A DNA stretch of 44,874 nt, taken from positions 1 through 44,874 of the IMG/VR virus record IMGVR_UViG_3300016467_000490. One strand, written 5' to 3'. Shown here one piece after another: positions 8,808-18,839 of the stretch; position 1 is the stretch's first letter, and each line of letters begins with the position of its first letter. Both the position numbers and the translations under genes were made by a program. Below the pieces are notes generated by a model. The model did not search any database. It was not told the DNA's origin and worked only from the letters and a program-made list of their open reading frames with translations. This DNA is from a virus. Lineage: Duplodnaviria; Caudoviricetes.

Positions 8808-11800
8808 TTACGTTGTCTTGCCCAAACCGAGAGCCTGGTTGAGCAGAGCGGTCTGGTATTGAGGCGTCGAATAAATCGACTGGTTTGCGGTTTGGTTTGC
8901 GGTTGGCTGCGCGGCCGCATACTGTGCCCAGCCCGTGTATGCACTTGGGTTGGAAAGAACGACGGGGGCGGGCTTGAACACGTTGGTTCCAGTGGATGTT
9001 CCTGTAGCCGGTATTTTCGTCGCACCGGTAACAGTTGCCAAGGGACTGGTGGTTGTGGTTGTGGCCGGCTTCCCGGCAATCGTGTTTAGGACGGACGTGA
9101 CCGCCGGCTTCACCGTGGTAGTCGGCGCCGGGGTGACAGCAGGCTTGGCCGCCGTCGCCTGGGCCAACGCACTCAATGGCGAGGTCGTCGGGGTCGTTGG
9201 GGCCGTCGGGGTCGTCGGGGTCGTCGGGGTAGTCGGCTTTGCAACCGGAGTCACCGGTCTCGTGCCCAGATAGCTCAAAACAGACGCCACGGCCGGTTTT
9301 GTCGGCGCCGTGGGCGTGGCTGGGGCTGTCGGCGTCGTCGGCTTCGTGGGGGTTGTCGGCGTCGTCGGAGTTGTGGGCTTCGTCGGCGTGGTCGGGGTCG
9401 TTGGCGTGGTGGGCGTTGTCGGCACGGTCGGCTTGACAGGGGTCGTGGGCGTCGTGGCCGGCTTTGTGCCAGAGAGAGCATCTGCCGCCTTTTGCGCGGC
9501 CGCCTTGGTGCTGAGGTAAGTGTTGTAGGACGACGGCGTGACGTAGCCCAGAGCCTTGGCGGCCTGCTGGGTCGCATAGTCGGTGAACCCGGCCTGCTTG
9601 GCGTAGAACTCCGTGGCCGGCGCCGTCCCGGCCGCAGCCATATCGGCGGGGCTCTTGAACCCAGCCATCTTTGCCTGCTGCGCAGCATAGTAGTCCGCCG
9701 CGTTGGTCTGGCCAGCCGCCTTTTGATCGGCATAGCTCATAAAGCCAGACTGCTGGGCATAGAAGTCCTGGGGGTTCAGCCCGTCGGCGGCAGTCATGTC
9801 TGCGGCATTCTTGAAGCCCGAGCGAGCTGCATAGAAGTCCGGCGCCGACGTGCCTTTGGCCGCCAGGTAATCGTTGGTGTTCAAGAAGCCCTTGGAGTAG
9901 GCCTCCTGCTGCGCGTAATACTGCTCCGCAGGGACGCCGTTTGCAGCAGCCTTGTCGACGGCAGTCTTGAAGCCCTGAGCCTGGGCCTCCTTGTCTCGGT
10001 AGAACTCCGTGGCGGACTTGCCCTTTGCGGCGATCATGTCCTGGTAATTGTCGAAGCCCAAAGCCGCCGAGTTCTGGGAACCGTAATACTCGTCTGCCGT
10101 CTTGCCGCCAGCAGCCTGCATGTCTGCATAGCTCCTGAAGTTTTTGGACGCTGCCAGCTTTTCATTGTTGTAAGTGGTGGCGTCTTGACCCAATGCGTTT
10201 GCAGCTCGCATGTCAGCAAAGGTTTTGAAGCCCTGTTGAGCTGCAGCCTTCTCGTTGTAGAAGTCGTAGGACGACATGTCCCCTGCGGCAATCTTGTCTT
10301 GCGCACTGTTGAAGCCGGCAATCTTTGCCTGGTAGTCAGCAGCGGTGTATGCGCCGATGCTTTTTGCCTTCTGTTGCTCGGCGTAATCGGTGAAGCCTTC
10401 AAGCTGAGCGTTTCTGTTGTTGTAGAAGGTTGTTGCATCAAGACCTTTTGCAGCCTGCTGATCCGCTGACGAATTGAAGCCTGCCTGCTTGGCGTAGAAC
10501 TCGGCAGACGTTGCGCCCTTTGCGGACTTTTGATCGGCGGCGTTCTTGAAGCCAAGAGCTTGCGCAGCAACCTCTGCTCGGTACTGAGCCGGCGTCATGC
10601 CCTTTGCTGCGGCCTGCTCTGCTGCGTTTGCATAGCCAGCCTTCACGGCGTAGTAGTCATCAGCGCCAAGGCCTCGATTTTTTGCGGCGGCCATGTCAGA
10701 TGCGGTCTTGAACCCAGACGCTTTTGCAGCCTTCTGATAGTAGAAGTCAGTCGGGTTCAAAGAGCCCGCCTCTTGCTGGTCTTCATACGTCATGAATCCA
10801 GCCTTCTTGGCGTAATAGTTCGGCGCCGTCGTGTTGGTCTTCAGAGCCTCCTTGAAGTCTGCAATGGCCTGATCTGGGGTGCCCTTGAAGCCATCATCGG
10901 CGGCATCTTTGTAGACGCCGTAGTATTCCGCCGCGTTGGCATAGCCCCTTATCTTTGCGACATCGTTGGTCATGCCCAATGACGATGCAGCCTTTTGATC
11001 CGACGCAGAGTTGAATCCAGCAAGTTGAGCGTAGTACTCCTGCGCAGGCAGGCCTTGCGCCTTGACGTAATCGGTCACATTGTTGAACCCGCCGTCCTTG
11101 GCCGCCTTTGCTGTGTAGTACGTGTTTGCATCCTGATTGGCAGCAGCAGCAAGAGCTTGATCGCCCGCGTTTTTGAACCCGGCTTGGGTTGCGCGATAGT
11201 CTGCGGCACTCAAGTCGCCAGCAGCAGCTCGCTCTGCTGCATCCTTGTACCCAAGGGACCGAGCGGTTTTTTCTGCGTAGTAGGTGTCCGCAGGTTGGTT
11301 GCCTGCTTCTTTTTGCTCTGACGCGTTTCTAAATCCGGCTTTGGTGGCGTAGTAGTCTTCGGTGTTTAGATTTTTTGCTTTTGCATCAGCATAGTCCGCA
11401 GCGGAGACAAATCCGGCATTTTTTGCAACTTCTCCATAGTACTGGTCTGGAGTTTTGTTGCCGGCAAGAGATCGGTCAACAGCATTGGCAAACCCCAACT
11501 TCTGAGAGTAGTAGTCAAGAGCACCAACGCCTTTTCTGACGGCGTCAAGGTAATCTTCTGCCGACATGAATCCCTTATCAGCAAAGGCTGCAGTATTTTT
11601 TTCAGCATTGAATTGCGCGGCAGTCTTACCTTGATTGGTAGCGTCAACTTGATCTTGAATGTTGGAAAATCCAGCTTTAGTTGCAGTAGCAATTTGATCA
11701 CCAACTCTGGGTTTTTTAGTTGTTGCATAGTAGCTTGCTGCATCACCGGTATATTTACGCTGCCAAGTTCCCTCATTTACCCACCCATACCTGCTTTGAA

Positions 11801-14306
11801 CCCGCTTGTAAACAATTTCTCCTGCGGTTGTGGCATCAACAAAATCTGAGTAGTTGCTGAACCCATTAGCGGCAGCAACTTTATAATTATTCAACTCTGT
11901 AGGGGTGTTTGCTTTAATCAAGCCTTGTGCGAGTAATGCGGCGCCGTTTTTGTAGTCATCAATTGAGTTATAGCCGGCATCGTAAACTGGCTTGTTGTTG
12001 TAGTACTCCACGGGACTATTCTGAAGCCCCTTTGTCTTTGCAGCGTTGTAATCCGCTGCGTTTTTGAATCCCCTTCTAGATGCATAGAAATCTGCGGCAG
12101 GAACATTTCCGGCAGCTTTCATATCAGAATCGCTGTCAAAGCCCTTGAGCGAAGCGTAGTAGTCAGGCGCAGTCTTCCCCTTTGCTGCAACGTAATCTGC
12201 CGCAGTTGCAAAGCCCTGCTTCTTCGCATAAAAATCATTTGCCGGCTGACCTGCGGCTTCCTTCATGTCGGCTACGGTTTTGAAGCCAAGCTGTTGAACG
12301 TAGAAGTCATCAGGGGCTCTGCCCGCTGCCGCCTTTTGATCGGCGGCATTCTTGAAGCCCGCCTGTTGGGCGTAATACTCGGCGGCCGATGTCACGCCTT
12401 TTGCTGCGCCAGCCGCTTGATCCGATGCGTTCTTCCATCCAGCCCTGGAAGCATAGTAGTCCTTGGCGTCAGAAATGCCCTTTGCTGCTGCGTCAGCGGC
12501 ATCATTCCCGTTCGTGAAGCCCTTTTGCTTGGCGTAGTAATCAACAGCCTTGGCGCCCTTGGCATCAACAAAATCGCCGTATGTCTTAAAGCCGGCATCG
12601 GTGGCTCTTTTGTTGTTGTAAAAGTCGGTTGCACTGGTGCCGGTTTCTTGCGCCTTTTTCCAATCTTCGGCTCTGGTAAATCCAGCTTTCCTGGCGTAGT
12701 ACAGATCAGCCTCGGTGCCCTTTGCAGCCGCATAGTCGGCGGCATTTTGGAACCCGGCGGCCTTTGCCGTTTTGTCGGCATAGTAGGCCGTCGAGTTCAT
12801 GTTCAATGCCTTGGCAGCATTCTGATCGTCGACGTTGGTAAAGCCCTCCTGCTTGGCGTAGAAGTCAGGAGCGGCAGCGCCTTTTGCTGCCGTCATGTCT
12901 GCGAACGTCTTGAAGCCAGCGTCGACCGCTCTCTTTTCGTCCGCAGCCTTCTGAGTTTCGGCTTCCGTTTTTGCCTGCGTGACAATCTTGTCGACTGCGG
13001 TTTTCTGGAGATCAAGAGCAGATGTCTTCAACGCACCTTCGTATTTGACGACTGCTTCAGAAATTTTGTTGATGATGTCTCGCTGCTTTTGGTTCAGCAG
13101 GTTGACCTGGTTGACAGAAAGATTGATGTCTTTGTACAGACCGTCGTAGGTTGCCTGCGCATCCTTGAAGGCTTGAGCCTTTGTCTTGAAGGTGTCAACG
13201 GTGGTTTTGTACGCAGTGTCCGCCTCTTCAGACTTCTTCTTCAGCTCGTTTGTCTTTGCAAGCAACTCATCAGCAGACCAATACTTCGGCTGTCCGTTCT
13301 CGTCCAGGGGCATCGTCTTCATGATCGCCGCATAACGAGCGGGATCATTCTTTTGAAGCGAAGGAAGAATGTTCTTGACGATGTTCTCGTAGCCGGCAGC
13401 GGCATCTCCGTTGCCGTAGCTCTGAGCAAGCCTCTGCGTTTGGCCAGTGAGGTCGGCCATCTTGATGTAGTCATTGCGGGTCTTCATTGCCTCAGACAAT
13501 TTTTGCTGGGCATCAGTCTGCAATGTCTTGATTTCTTTGATGGCGTTTGGATCGCCCAAAACGCTGTTGGCGTAGAACTGGGACGCCTTCAGTTTTGCGT
13601 CGTTTGCCTGGGCATATGCAGCGTTCAGCAGCGACTGGTTGTTGATCTGCTGACCGGTCAGGTTCTCAATCGTGTTGCCAATCGCAACGGCCGCAGCAGA
13701 AGAGGAAATTGCCTCGCTCAGTGGCTTGCCCTGAAGAACTTGCTTCAGGGTTTGGTCTGCAACTTCTCCAAGATAGTTGTCGTCCTTCAGGGACACGCCA
13801 GCAGAAGTCAGGGCGCTCTTGAGAGAGCCAACCATGGCCCCCTTTGCTCCAGCCTCAAGGATGTCCTGAAACGATCCGCCCTTCAATGCAGCCATGGCGG
13901 CTTCTGGCGTTGCGCTGCTGACGACCGAAGACACCAGGTCTTTTGCGGCCCTGTCAAGGCCAGACATCAGGTCGGACTTGGACAGAGCGCCAGATACACC
14001 GCTTGACACCGCGCTTGCAAGATACTGGGTCGCGGCAGCAAGTGCAATTTGCTTGATGTCGCCGCCATTCAATGCGCTCACAGCGGCGTTGGCAAGAACA
14101 GGCGGAACACCCAGAGAGATCAGAGCCAAAGTCTCAAGGACCGGCAGCGGATTCTTCGCAATGTTTTGCGCAACACTTCCAATCGTGCTGAACGTGTCGG
14201 CCACAAAACCTTTCGCCGCACCCAAAATTCCGCCGCTGCCGAGCAGACTGTCATCACCGCCAAAAACGGTGTCCCAAACAGCTCCGCCAATTTTGCCGAG
14301 AATCAT
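8808..14306 (-). CDS. very large repeat-rich virion protein (1832 aa)
   Basis: uninterrupted ORF; hydrophobic Ala/Gly N-terminus, coiled coil, ~40 GF...YYA repeats, Pro/Thr tail. Confidence 0.75.
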   Translation of the reverse strand: MILGKIGGAVWDTVFGGDDSLLGSGGILGAAKGFVADTFSTIGSVAQNIAKNPLPVLETLALISLGVPPVLANAAVSALNGGDIKQIALAAATQYLASAVSSGVSGALSKSDLMSGLDRAAKDLVSSVVSSATPEAAMAALKGGSFQDILEAGAKGAMVGSLKSALTSAGVSLKDDNYLGEVADQTLKQVLQGKPLSEAISSSAAAVAIGNTIENLTGQQINNQSLLNAAYAQANDAKLKASQFYANSVLGDPNAIKEIKTLQTDAQQKLSEAMKTRNDYIKMADLTGQTQRLAQSYGNGDAAAGYENIVKNILPSLQKNDPARYAAIMKTMPLDENGQPKYWSADELLAKTNELKKKSEEADTAYKTTVDTFKTKAQAFKDAQATYDGLYKDINLSVNQVNLLNQKQRDIINKISEAVVKYEGALKTSALDLQKTAVDKIVTQAKTEAETQKAADEKRAVDAGFKTFADMTAAKGAAAPDFYAKQEGFTNVDDQNAAKALNMNSTAYYADKTAKAAGFQNAADYAAAKGTEADLYYARKAGFTRAEDWKKAQETGTSATDFYNNKRATDAGFKTYGDFVDAKGAKAVDYYAKQKGFTNGNDAADAAAKGISDAKDYYASRAGWKNASDQAAGAAKGVTSAAEYYAQQAGFKNAADQKAAAGRAPDDFYVQQLGFKTVADMKEAAGQPANDFYAKKQGFATAADYVAAKGKTAPDYYASLKGFDSDSDMKAAGNVPAADFYASRRGFKNAADYNAAKTKGLQNSPVEYYNNKPVYDAGYNSIDDYKNGAALLAQGLIKANTPTELNNYKVAAANGFSNYSDFVDATTAGEIVYKRVQSRYGWVNEGTWQRKYTGDAASYYATTKKPRVGDQIATATKAGFSNIQDQVDATNQGKTAAQFNAEKNTAAFADKGFMSAEDYLDAVRKGVGALDYYSQKLGFANAVDRSLAGNKTPDQYYGEVAKNAGFVSAADYADAKAKNLNTEDYYATKAGFRNASEQKEAGNQPADTYYAEKTARSLGYKDAAERAAAGDLSAADYRATQAGFKNAGDQALAAAANQDANTYYTAKAAKDGGFNNVTDYVKAQGLPAQEYYAQLAGFNSASDQKAASSLGMTNDVAKIRGYANAAEYYGVYKDAADDGFKGTPDQAIADFKEALKTNTTAPNYYAKKAGFMTYEDQQEAGSLNPTDFYYQKAAKASGFKTASDMAAAKNRGLGADDYYAVKAGYANAAEQAAAKGMTPAQYRAEVAAQALGFKNAADQKSAKGATSAEFYAKQAGFNSSADQQAAKGLDATTFYNNRNAQLEGFTDYAEQQKAKSIGAYTAADYQAKIAGFNSAQDKIAAGDMSSYDFYNEKAAAQQGFKTFADMRAANALGQDATTYNNEKLAASKNFRSYADMQAAGGKTADEYYGSQNSAALGFDNYQDMIAAKGKSATEFYRDKEAQAQGFKTAVDKAAANGVPAEQYYAQQEAYSKGFLNTNDYLAAKGTSAPDFYAARSGFKNAADMTAADGLNPQDFYAQQSGFMSYADQKAAGQTNAADYYAAQQAKMAGFKSPADMAAAGTAPATEFYAKQAGFTDYATQQAAKALGYVTPSSYNTYLSTKAAAQKAADALSGTKPATTPTTPVKPTVPTTPTTPTTPTTPTKPTTPTTPTTPTKPTTPTAPATPTAPTKPAVASVLSYLGTRPVTPVAKPTTPTTPTTPTAPTTPTTSPLSALAQATAAKPAVTPAPTTTVKPAVTSVLNTIAGKPATTTTTSPLATVTGATKIPATGTSTGTNVFKPAPVVLSNPSAYTGWAQYAAAQPTANQTANQSIYSTPQYQTALLNQALGLGKTT
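9180..9460 (-). repeat. degenerate 9-bp tandem repeats encoding (PTT/PTK/PTA)n linker
   Basis: GTCGTCGGG-type units; translation PTTPTTPTTPTKPTTP. Confidence 0.8.
9480..12940 (-). repeat. ~40 degenerate 24-32 aa protein repeats
   Basis: consensus xGF(K/N)(N/T/S)AAD(Q/Y/M)xAAxGxxAx(D/E)(Y/F)YAx; about 42 GF/GY anchors counted by eye. Confidence 0.85.
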
Positions 14307-14713
14307 TGCTCACCCCCGCGAGACAAGTCGATCGCACCGGAGTACATCCATTTGCCGTTTTCTTGCTTTCTCTGATACTCAACAGGGTAGCCAGCCTCTT
14401 GCGCGGCAATCAACTCCTGGCGCTGGTCAGTGATCATCGCCACGTATTGATAGCCTGCCTTCTTGAGAGATTCCATGTAATTTCCCATGTGCTCAGGGAG
14501 ATTTTCCGGCCTGTCCGCATCAAACAGCCAGACCATGGCCACGCCAGGTTTTGCGATGTGCACCCACAACAGAGTGTTTCCGTCTCGGAGCATGCGGTAG
14601 TCTTTTGACTCGAGCGTCTTCGCCACAGTGGCATAGGCCTGCTGCCAGGTCATGCCCAGGCGCTTCGGCATCGAAGACCGCTTGAAGATGTCCTGATCCT
14701 TCATCTTGCTCAT
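14303..14713 (-). CDS. hypothetical protein, possibly degenerate GNAT-like virion assembly protein
   Basis: ATGA-coupled on both sides; lies between tail nozzle and ejection genes where podoviruses often carry such a gene. Confidence 0.55.
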   Translation of the reverse strand: MSKMKDQDIFKRSSMPKRLGMTWQQAYATVAKTLESKDYRMLRDGNTLLWVHIAKPGVAMVWLFDADRPENLPEHMGNYMESLKKAGYQYVAMITDQRQELIAAQEAGYPVEYQRKQENGKWMYSGAIDLSRGGEQ

Positions 14714-14976
14714 GCGAAATTGCCCTTTGGGTTAACGGCCAGCACGACAGCTTGAGCCCATTCCCGCCAATCAGAATATCCATCCGTGTTGGGGATGGCC
14801 TCGTTTGTGAACACGTCGATCGCCTTCAGGCCATTGCCCCAGTCCCTCCACTCTTCCTCGCTGCGGGCAACCATCAGGTTTTGCGCGGCATACTGCTCGC
14901 ACATCAGGTCTGCCCACTCCACAAAGGTGTAGATTCGAGGATCGTACTGAATCGCGATGCCGTAATCAGTATCCAC
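14710..14976 (-). CDS. hypothetical virion-module protein (YDPR...WA family)
   Basis: GTG start at 14976 preceded by GGAG at 6 nt; the ORF-track start at 15168 overlaps the upstream gene. Confidence 0.6.
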   Translation of the reverse strand: MDTDYGIAIQYDPRIYTFVEWADLMCEQYAAQNLMVARSEEEWRDWGNGLKAIDVFTNEAIPNTDGYSDWREWAQAVVLAVNPKGNFA

Positions 14977-16960
14977 GGCGATCTCCAACGTCTGCGTTGA
15001 CCAAAATCCTGCCGCACTGATACGTGCCACCCTGCTCGTTGCTCTTGAACTTGAGGCGCAGCTCTCGACCCTGCTCTCGCATATCAACCTTATGCGTGCC
15101 TGGCTCGAAGGGGTATGGTTGCGAGACGACATCGTCTGCCTGGGCATACGGACGGCTGATGACCTCAATGGTCATGGTGCCCTCTTGAATGAAATCCGGC
15201 TCGATGCGATCGATCAGCAGCCAGTTGTTCATGCCCACCATGGCCGGCTCTGAGGGGCCGCCAGACACCAGGCCAAGGTCGTTGGTCACAAAGTAGCTTT
15301 CAATCGCCTCAGCGAGCGTTCCTGACACCTTGTCGGTGCCAGTCTCATGCTGCCAGAACTGGGTGAAGTTCATCAGGGTGTCGATGCGCATGAAGAAGTT
15401 GGTCCCGCCAGCGATGGCCATGGTCAACTGATCTCCGACTTGGTAACCCTCGCCACGGTTTTGGATCGTCACAGACGTCACTTGACCACCGGACACAATG
15501 AACTTTGCTGTTGCGCCAGTTCCCGCCCCGCCGAGGAGCGGCTCGAAGTTGTACGTGCCGTCCGTGTATCCGTTTCCTGCGGTCACGATCGTTGTTTTGT
15601 CAACGCCTCCATCAGAAACTGTCTCAGACGATGCGGCAACGGGAAATTGGTACACCTGGGAGAAATATCCAGCACAGCGACGAGCTCCATCAGCCTCGCC
15701 AGCGTCGTACCAAACTTGCTCGCGCACGTTGTAGATGATGGCGTCTGTGCATTCGGTAGCCGTCCCCTTGGGGTAGTACCACCAGATTTCGCCAAAGCGA
15801 GGAATCTTCTGCGCCCAAACCTTTTGACGCTGTGCGTAATTCAGGTTGTCGAAAAAGTAGTTCTGGTTAAAGCCGTTCGGAATCTCTTTGACGGTACCGC
15901 CGTACATCAAGAATCGGTCAACGCCGATCCAGTAGTAGATGCCGTCATACTCGATCACGCACTGGCTCGACAAGATCGATGTCTGGCTCGAGATGATGTC
16001 GTATCGCCAGTAGAACGTGTTGGAGCCGGCGCCTGTCGACACGGTGGTTGGCGCATAGCTCACGCGAATGAGGCTATCAAGGCTCCAAAACAGACCAGAA
16101 GGCGCGTTTGAGCCGCCCCGCACAGGCAGACCCTTGACGATCTTCGTTGACGACACGTTGGCCTCGTTTGAGGTCGGCGAGACCCAGTCCAGGACGTTGT
16201 TGGGTCCGGTGTTCCTGATCAAGCCGTTGTCACCATACACAAACAGGTACGGGTGAAGCATGACGCAGCCACCAGAGACATCGACATTGTTGTCGAAGGT
16301 GAACGTGATCCCGGATGCCGTGCCGGTTGCGGTGTTCGAGATGACAACCGCAGTGCCACTGACGGAGACAACAGTGGTGTTGGGCGGGATGTTTGTGCCC
16401 GTAACAGTTTGCCCAGCACCGACCAGGTCATTGGTGGCTGTGAGCGTAATTGTTGTGGTGGCGTTCGTTGATCCAGTGGCCGTGAACACGCCAACTTTCG
16501 ACAGACTCGAACCGTTGATGTCGCCGTACAAAACCGGGGACTCAATTGAGTTGTCGATGTCCACCAAGTTTTTTCCAGGGTGGGCAATCAGGTTTGCCTG
16601 GCCAGTTCCAAACGCGTCGTACTGCGCGTCAAACTGCCACAAGTTGAGGTCACTCGGGGTGAAGTTGCTCAGTGTGAAATCGGTTATGCCGGTGCCGGAG
16701 CCAAGGCCTGTAATGGGTAGAACCTGGACGCCAGATGAATAGCCGTTGTAGACGTTGGAATAGTTGTCCCGGGGGTCAACGTAGATGCCTCGAGACGGGC
16801 CTGCCAAAAACTGCGTGAACAAGCGAAAACCGCCCATCTTGCGAGGGCGGCCTCGTTGGAACCTGACCCAACGACCGTCGCTGTAAGACTGTCGATCAAA
16901 AACAGTTCCGTCGCGCTGTATGCCAGGCTTTGTGTCGAGGGCAAATACTTTTTCCGTCAT
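14966..16960 (-). CDS. tail tubular/nozzle (packaged DNA stabilisation) protein
   Basis: start MTEKVFALDTKPGIQRDGT at 16960; beta-rich, WVRF.RGRPRKMGG, FGEIWWYYP motifs; position. Confidence 0.7.
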   Translation of the reverse strand: MTEKVFALDTKPGIQRDGTVFDRQSYSDGRWVRFQRGRPRKMGGFRLFTQFLAGPSRGIYVDPRDNYSNVYNGYSSGVQVLPITGLGSGTGITDFTLSNFTPSDLNLWQFDAQYDAFGTGQANLIAHPGKNLVDIDNSIESPVLYGDINGSSLSKVGVFTATGSTNATTTITLTATNDLVGAGQTVTGTNIPPNTTVVSVSGTAVVISNTATGTASGITFTFDNNVDVSGGCVMLHPYLFVYGDNGLIRNTGPNNVLDWVSPTSNEANVSSTKIVKGLPVRGGSNAPSGLFWSLDSLIRVSYAPTTVSTGAGSNTFYWRYDIISSQTSILSSQCVIEYDGIYYWIGVDRFLMYGGTVKEIPNGFNQNYFFDNLNYAQRQKVWAQKIPRFGEIWWYYPKGTATECTDAIIYNVREQVWYDAGEADGARRCAGYFSQVYQFPVAASSETVSDGGVDKTTIVTAGNGYTDGTYNFEPLLGGAGTGATAKFIVSGGQVTSVTIQNRGEGYQVGDQLTMAIAGGTNFFMRIDTLMNFTQFWQHETGTDKVSGTLAEAIESYFVTNDLGLVSGGPSEPAMVGMNNWLLIDRIEPDFIQEGTMTIEVISRPYAQADDVVSQPYPFEPGTHKVDMREQGRELRLKFKSNEQGGTYQCGRILVNADVGDRRGY

Positions 16961-18192
16961 CAGAATGTACCGCCAGAGATGCCTTGAGGAAAGGCTGCTT
17001 GACCGTTGTACGTCAGATTGGTTGCGGTCAGCAAGAAGGCCTGCGTGCCCAAGATGGAAACAGCCCACTGACCGGTGCCGGGACGATAAATGCCGGTGCT
17101 TGGCTCGCTAGCAAAGGCAAGGGCAGGGTTTGCAGCGGAGCCGTCAACGGTCAAGAACGTGCTTGCGCCAGCCTGTGTCGTGTTGGCGTTGTAGAAGTTC
17201 GTGCCGTCGCAATAGACGGTGGCCTGGCCGTTGGCCGGGATCGTGGCCGTGAAGCCCAGTCCGGTGCTCACAACCAAGTTGTACGGGCCGGCCGAGGTCT
17301 TGTTGCTGATCACGTAGAAGTTGACCACCGGCGGGAAGATCACCGTCACGTTGCCGACCAGTGTGCCGATGTAGGTCTGGATCGTGTTGGAGGCCTCATC
17401 GACGGTCAGGTTGACGGTGCCCGTCGAGACCGATTTTGTCAGCGCCGTGAAAGAAAACTGCGTGCTCTGACCAAAGCCAACGGTGAAGAAAGACGATCCT
17501 GTACAGACCACAAAGGCGGAGTCGCCAGGGTTGAAGATTTTGGTCAGGCCCGTATCGATGTACTCGCTGGTCGTGGTTTGAACCGTCAGCGATCCGTTGC
17601 CGTTGTTCTTGATGAGAACGAACCAGTTCTCACCCAGGGACGACGCCAGGGGCAGTGTGGCGGTGCCGGCGCCACCGGTCCAGACGTAGGCAATCGCGCG
17701 GTCGGTCGTGGCGAACGTGGAGGCGTCAATCAGCGGCTCGACGTTGTATGCCTGGTTGAGCTTGTTTGCAAGGGCCAGGAGGCCGTTTCCGGCCAGGGCA
17801 GAGGCATCGGCACCCGATGTGCCAGTGCCGAACGTGAAGATGGCCCAGACGCCCGCAGAGGTCGAGTTGTTGGTCAGGTAGATGTACTTGGCCTGGCCAG
17901 CAGCAATCGTCCCAATCGTGCCGCCACCAGCATCCTTGACGGTGAAGGTCTCGGAGCCCACGTTGCGCACCAAGGCGTCCGTGCCGACCGATGTCTGGTT
18001 GGCGGGCGGCATGATCAGGCTCAGACCGGCGGTCGACGCCGTCACGTCCATGATGCGGGCTGCGGCCGTTTGCCCATTGGAGCCGTTGACGGGCCAAATC
18101 AGCGTCAAGTCGGCTGCAAGCGTCAGCGACTCATAGCTGACATCGGTCGGCTGAATTACGTCGCCAGAGAAGGGATTGAGGAATGAAGTCAT
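16960..18192 (-). CDS. tail structural / fibre-like protein
   Basis: Thr/Gly/Ser beta-rich repeats (TLP...NN..G.LTV), DGSAANPALAFASEPSTGIYR motif. Confidence 0.65.
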   Translation of the reverse strand: MTSFLNPFSGDVIQPTDVSYESLTLAADLTLIWPVNGSNGQTAAARIMDVTASTAGLSLIMPPANQTSVGTDALVRNVGSETFTVKDAGGGTIGTIAAGQAKYIYLTNNSTSAGVWAIFTFGTGTSGADASALAGNGLLALANKLNQAYNVEPLIDASTFATTDRAIAYVWTGGAGTATLPLASSLGENWFVLIKNNGNGSLTVQTTTSEYIDTGLTKIFNPGDSAFVVCTGSSFFTVGFGQSTQFSFTALTKSVSTGTVNLTVDEASNTIQTYIGTLVGNVTVIFPPVVNFYVISNKTSAGPYNLVVSTGLGFTATIPANGQATVYCDGTNFYNANTTQAGASTFLTVDGSAANPALAFASEPSTGIYRPGTGQWAVSILGTQAFLLTATNLTYNGQAAFPQGISGGTF

Positions 18193-18827
18193 GAATCTAC
18201 CGCCACAGCTTGTCTATCGCCAACGAGGGTCATGTTTTCAGCCTTGAGGGCATCCAACGCCATTTTGTACTGGGTCTGGATGGTCTGAATGCGCGCGTCA
18301 TTCTTCAGCCAGGGCATCGCTTGAGTCAGCGCGCCGTACAAGAGCGCCTGGGGCGCGTTGATTGTGAACCAGTTGGTCTGGTTGCTTGAGTCGAGCGGCT
18401 GGACGCGCTCGTAGTACAGCACCTCGAAGGCGTAGTTGGCGTCCGGCGTCGGGGCAACCAGCCAATGGAAGGCGTCATAGTCGGTGTAGTACAGCGGCAG
18501 GTCGGTCTGGTTGGCGTCCGGCCAGTACTCGCGCAGATACTCATAGCGGCGCAGCAACACAGGCTGTCTCTCGCCATTCGCTTTCGTGACGTTAACCGAA
18601 ACGGTTTTGCGCCAGCGAGCCGGCTTCTGGATGACGCTGTCGCCGGTTGTCATCGTGGAGGTGGCGACGGCCAGGTTGCCCAGGAATTTGATCTCGGTGG
18701 CCAAAATCTGCTCGGCCAGCATGATGAAAGTCGGGATTTTGTCGATGGTGGCGGCGTCCGTGCGTTCAAGCCAGGTCTGGATGTTCTCCACCAGCGAGTC
18801 GTACGTCATCGCGACGGCTTCGGTCAT
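18189..18827 (-). CDS. head-tail adaptor / tail tubular protein A-like
   Basis: MTYDSL...IPTFIMLAE...APTPD..Y..E..YY...NW....P..LLYG pattern of phage adaptor proteins. Confidence 0.7.
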   Translation of the reverse strand: MTEAVAMTYDSLVENIQTWLERTDAATIDKIPTFIMLAEQILATEIKFLGNLAVATSTMTTGDSVIQKPARWRKTVSVNVTKANGERQPVLLRRYEYLREYWPDANQTDLPLYYTDYDAFHWLVAPTPDANYAFEVLYYERVQPLDSSNQTNWFTINAPQALLYGALTQAMPWLKNDARIQTIQTQYKMALDALKAENMTLVGDRQAVAVDS

Positions 18828-18839
18828 TGCGGCCTCCTG

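Noticed and set aside
9180-12940. Possible CRISPR-like array
   Set aside because: Repeats are degenerate, in-frame and protein-coding, with no identical repeats separated by unique spacers
12294-14006. 570-aa plus-strand ORF
   Set aside because: Antisense shadow of the 1832-aa gene; no RBS or recognisable motifs; expected in GC-rich coding DNA
14710-15168. Frameshift or pseudogene due to missing ATG
   Set aside because: An in-frame GTG at 14976 with a well-spaced GGAG explains the gene
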